From: Octopus bimaculoides
Lineage: Eukaryota
Reading direction: 5' to 3'
Assembly (NCBI RefSeq): GCF_001194135.2
Contig: NC_068991.1
Span: forward strand, 15,737,208-15,773,655
DNA: 36,448 nucleotides
Part shown: in pieces, positions 32,605-36,448 of the stretch
How positions within the stretch are numbered: the stretch's first letter is position 1
How the letters are laid out: every line of letters starts with the position of its first letter
Program-made: the position numbers and the translations under genes
Notes under the pieces: generated by a model
What the model was told of the DNA's origin: nothing
Databases searched by the model: none
Seen by the model: only the letters and a program-made list of their open reading frames with translations

Positions 32605-32733
32605 AGTATGATTATGTATAGCTATAGAAAGAAAGAAGTATAATCGACACATATTGCCATCTGTAGTCAGCACTTGCAAGCGAGTATAGCCTTCCTGGTT
32701 AGATTTGCCATACTTTTGTTGATTGTTTTAAAA

Positions 32734-32879
32734 CAGGCGTGGGCAACCTTTTTCGAGAAACAGGCTACATGAGGCATGGTTCACTATCAGGTGGGCCGCG
32801 CTGCTAAAAAAATTTCAAAGTAATTTTTCGTTGTTGTGCCACTCAGAATGTCATGCGGGCCGCAGCTTTGCCATGATTG
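32734..32879. mobile_element. Possible degenerate hAT MITE
   Basis: Left end CAGGCGTGGGCAACC, internal GGGCCGC motifs. Right TIR matches only about 9/15 and no clear TSD. Confidence 0.35.
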
Positions 32880-33119
32880 TTAACAGTAGTTGTTAACAGA
32901 CATAGACACTCTCTCAGCACCAGCCCACACTTCCATGACGATTTACTTTCCTTCCTACGATATATTATTCTCTGGAACCATGCACCTTATTTTATAGCTT
33001 CTATGAAAAGTATGAAATGATGAAACGTGTGCAACTATAATAATAAGCACTCACTTTTTATAAAGACATCGATGGGTTATCGTACTTTGATACTGTATAA
33101 ACTGAGATCCCCGTTGACA

Positions 33120-33272
33120 GGCATTTCGCCCGTCTTTACGTTCTCAGGTCGACTTTGCCTTTCATCCTTCTGGGTTCGATAAAATAAGTAGCTGTAGAGC
33201 ATTGGGGTCGATTTAATCGGCTTACTCCTCCTCCGAAATTGCTGGCCTTGTGCCAAAATTTGAAACCATTAT
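33120..33272 (+). mobile_element. SINE family A, 5'-truncated with internal deletion
   Basis: Conserved centre and CCTTGTGCCAAAATTTGAAACCATTATT tail. Confidence 0.85.
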
Positions 33273-33814
33273 TGCAGCTGCAGCTATTGTCATAGTAGTT
33301 TGAGTAGTGCGCTAGAAAATAATATTTTTCTTTCTTTCTTTCTTTCTTTCTTTTTAGACAGCTGATTGCGACGACATCAAGTGCAATATGCAATGGTAGG
33401 AACTGAATATGAAAAAGTGTCAGAGCAATTTAAAATTTAAAACACCAGGAAAAACTATAGTCTGCAAACCATTAATAGTTAAGGAATTAGAAATATATTT
33501 GAAGTGCAGTTGGGTAAACTATACAATAAGAAAAGATTATTAGACAATTTAACGCTCTAGTGTTACAAAAGAAGTAGCAACCTTTTGTTTATTGAAGCCC
33601 TTGTAAAAGGGTCCCATGTCTTGCCCTGGCTCTTTAGCTCCTTGGTGGAGTCGTAGGGATGCCGTCAAAACATATGGAGTGTCTTGGAGACTTTCAGAGC
33701 CAGCGGAACCCATCCCTCTCTGTATCTGGCCATTGCCGACTTCTTCCTAAACAGAGAAATTTGGAAAGACAGAGTGAGGTGATAAGATGACTCGACCAAT
33801 GTGTGAGACTGGTT

Positions 33815-33945
33815 CTTTATTCATCGGCCTTCAAATGATGAAATGCAAAGTTGACCTTGGATGGATTTGACCTCAGAACATAGAGAGCTGGAATGATTAC
33901 TGCAAAGCAAACTACAATCTATTCAAGCACTCTACCGACTCTACT
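33815..33945 (-). mobile_element. Degenerate SINE family A-like fragment
   Basis: AAAGTTGACCTT..GGATTTGACCTCAGAAC is the reverse complement of the family A centre. Confidence 0.55.
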
Positions 33946-34324
33946 AATCAACTACCTAAATGATCTCTTCCACGAAAACAATAAAACGAAGACATCAAAT
34001 GGTTGGAGGAGGGATGATTAATTTCCTAGGGACGCAGCGGAATTCTAGGCTATCATGTATGAAGGAGTAAACCACAGGGCAAATTTGCCATGAATGGAAA
34101 GTATAGCTGATCAGTTCCAGAGAAATTCTGGGTTGCTACGAGTGAAGTGGAAAAGAAAGAAAGAAAGAAGCATAGCCTGCACAGCAACAAAACTTCAAGT
34201 CTACAATAAGGGGGGGGGGGGAATTATCAGTGTATCAATGTTACTATGAACAAAGATTATAATTCATAAATTGCAAAGAAACTTCTGGGCTGCCATATAT
34301 AAAGAGAAAACTAAAGCACCAACT

Positions 34325-34412
34325 TTGGACACTTGTCCAAGATAGTGCGCAATGAAATTGAACCCGAAATCATGTGGCTGAAAAGCGAATTTTTTTAACC
34401 AACAGCCATACC
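34325..34412 (-). mobile_element. SINE family E head fragment
   Basis: GACACTTGTCCAAG..TGAACCCGAAATCATGTGG..CAGCCATACCT. Confidence 0.7.
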
Positions 34413-34495
34413 TGTGCTTATGGCATGCCTGCTGAGAACTTTAAAAAAATGTAACTGTGTTGACTTTTCGGAGAAGAAAAACAATACAAAAGTTA

Positions 34496-34723
34496 TTGGA
34501 TTGTCCGGAAAGTTCGTGCCGATTTATAGTAGCTTACCTTTCGACTTATTTGCCATGAAACCACCTCAGTTCTGGGAAGAGGATATTTTCAAGTTAAAGG
34601 AAAGATGGAAACGTATTGTGCAACAAAATTGTTCATATTTGGTTGATTAAAGATGTAATGGCAAGTATTTATTGACCTTTTTCTTTCCTTTAAAAATCGG
34701 CACAAACTTTCCGGACAACTCAA
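34496..34723 (+). mobile_element. Internally deleted mariner element (228 bp)
   Basis: About 30-bp TIRs TTGGATTGTCCGGAAAGTTCGTGCCGATTT with 3 mismatches, TA duplication at both ends, and the transposase C-terminus KPPQFWEEDIFKLKERWKRIVQQNCSYLVD*. Confidence 0.88.
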
Positions 34724-35449
34724 TACTTATAACTTATAAATTGAAAAAGTTCTGGGTTACCATATGTTAAAAAAGAAACAAAAAACAACACCAGTTTTTT
34801 GTATAAGTTAGTGTTGCTGAGAAGAAACTTCTGGGTTATTACATAAGTGAAGGAAGTGACAAAACTAATGTTGATATGGATGGATAGACTGGCTAAAATG
34901 AAGAGAAAGTTTAAAAGATTTTACGATTAGTATAAAAGATATTTAAAATTCTGTTAGGAAATAGGGGAAATCGTCTGTGCCATATACTAATGGTATCCAG
35001 GATTATTGGTAGGATAATTTAAATTCTCTTTGAATACCAATAAGTGTTTTAGCAATGCAAGAATGAACTCTTAATGTATATACCATTGCTATTTTTGGAA
35101 AGTAAAGAGTAAACTTGATTGAAGTAAATGATAATAGACCAATCACTGGGCTACAGAGCTCAAAAGTTTACACAAGAATACACCAGTCTATGTAGTTTCA
35201 CAAACACCTTGAAATAATGGTTAATTTTTTTTCAAATCGTTTTGAAAAGTGAAAGGTACATGTGATATGGTTCTAAATATGCTATGCCTTCAAAAAAAAA
35301 AAAAAAAATTGCACAGGATGGTCACAGCTGTAAGGCCTTTGAGTAGGCAGTATTTTAAATCTTATCTATCACTCGGTTTCATTTGATGTGAACAAAAAGA
35401 AAACTTTAACTTTGAGTGTCTCGTTTGTGGGAGGAAACTAAGAAACGAG

Positions 35450-35790
35450 AAATGACGTCAAACTAATTACAGCACCATTTTAGAAGCAAACACTCTTATT
35501 CATAAAGCGTGTTGATCACGTTAAGAGGCACTTCAGAGATCTTAAAAAGCAATACTCTATTTTCACTAAAACGTCAAGACTCAAAAAGGCCTCTTGTGAT
35601 TTGCTTTGTTGTTTCAGAACGGATTGTCAAAGAAATGAAGGCTTATGATTTCAAGAAAATGTCGATCGAGTCTATTTGTAAAAAGACTGAATTATGTCTG
35701 AGATTAATGTTGCCGACTAAAAAAGATACAACCCTCAAATGCAAGAGAATGCAGATGTCTTATTGAGATGCCGGGAGATATATAGAGCAT
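35450..35790 (+). pseudogene. Degenerate hAT (Charlie/Buster-like) transposase fragment
   Basis: FVVSERIVKEMKAY resembles the SY-x-VA-x-RIAKEMKPH segment of this family. Frameshifts around it; no TIRs found. Confidence 0.4.
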
Positions 35791-35802
35791 TAAGCCAGAG
35801 TA

Positions 35803-35965
35803 AGGCCATGGGTGTGTGTTTAACAAGAAGCACAGTTTCCTGCCACATGTCTTCGGGTTCAGTCCTACTTTGCAGCATATTGAAGAAGTGTCTTCTATAG
35901 CCCTAGGCTGATTAAAGCCTTCTGAGTGAATTTGACAGGCGGAATTTGTGTGTAAGCCCGTCGCG
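35803..35965 (+). mobile_element. SINE family E 5' half, degenerate
   Basis: Head, B box GGGTTCAGTCC, then AAGTGTCTTCTATAGCC..AAGCCCGTCG. Confidence 0.75.
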
Positions 35966-36039
35966 CGCGCAGGCACGCGCACACATACTCATACACACAC
36001 ACACACACATGTATGTATACGTATGTATACCTTACCTTT

Positions 36040-36410
36040 TACCTGTTTCAGTCATTATACTGTGGCCATGCTGGGGCACTACCTTGAATTTTTAGTCGAA
36101 TGAATCCACCCCAGTACTTATTTTTTAAGCCCAGTACTTATTCTATCAGTCTCTTTTGGCGAACCGCTATGTTATGGGGACGTAAACACACCAATACCGG
36201 TTGTCAAGTGGTGATGGGAGTACAAACGCTGACACATATATATACATATATATACGACGGGCTTCTTTTAGATTCCATTTACCAAATCCACTCTCAAGGC
36301 TTTGGTCAGCCCGCGGATATAGTAGAAGACACTTGCCCAAGGTGTCACACAGTGGGACTGAACCTGGAACCACGTGGTTAGGAAGCGAACTTCTTACCAT
36401 ACAGCAATGC
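36040..36410 (-). mobile_element. SINE family E, full length
   Basis: Reverse complement has the head, CCTTGGGCAAGTGTCTTCTACTAT and the tail ..CCAGCATGGCCACAGT..TGACTGAAACAGG. Confidence 0.9.
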
Positions 36411-36448
36411 GCAAGCTATATATATATATATCTACACACATTTTTTTC

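Noticed and set aside
33600-33790. Possible RTE-like 3' fragment on the minus strand (ARYREGW)
   Set aside because: The single short motif is insufficient support.

Overview
AT-rich, repeat-dense eukaryotic (animal) genomic DNA. About 11% is assembly gap (nine N-runs, mostly flanked by microsatellites), so every long X-containing ORF in the track is an artefact. The SINE repertoire resembles what I recall from octopus/coleoid cephalopods; this is recognition from memory, not a database result. No prokaryotic features, CRISPR arrays, rRNA or true tRNA genes were seen. Most of the window is mobile-element debris: at least four tRNA-derived SINE families plus an unclassified retroposon-like family, a 5'-truncated R4/Dong LINE inserted into a (TAA)n tract, a second R4/Dong relic, an RTE 3' end, a decayed Penelope-like element, MULE, hAT and Tc1/mariner relics, and several MITEs. 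A spliced minus-strand host gene that I cannot name is suggested by phase-compatible exons (best supported: 18021-18090, 12021-12102, 11683-11781; further candidates down to about 1347). Most notable are (1) two type I hammerhead ribozymes with intact catalytic cores (24900-24987 minus; 31281-31333 plus, the latter at the 3' end of the Penelope-like relic), (2) an inverted pair of a ~60-bp-minisatellite-bearing element bracketing two of the exons, a circRNA/dsRNA-editing geometry, (3) a 28-bp near-palindrome centred on an RFX X-box, and (4) evidence of SINE module swapping and an exact 231-bp SINE tandem array.
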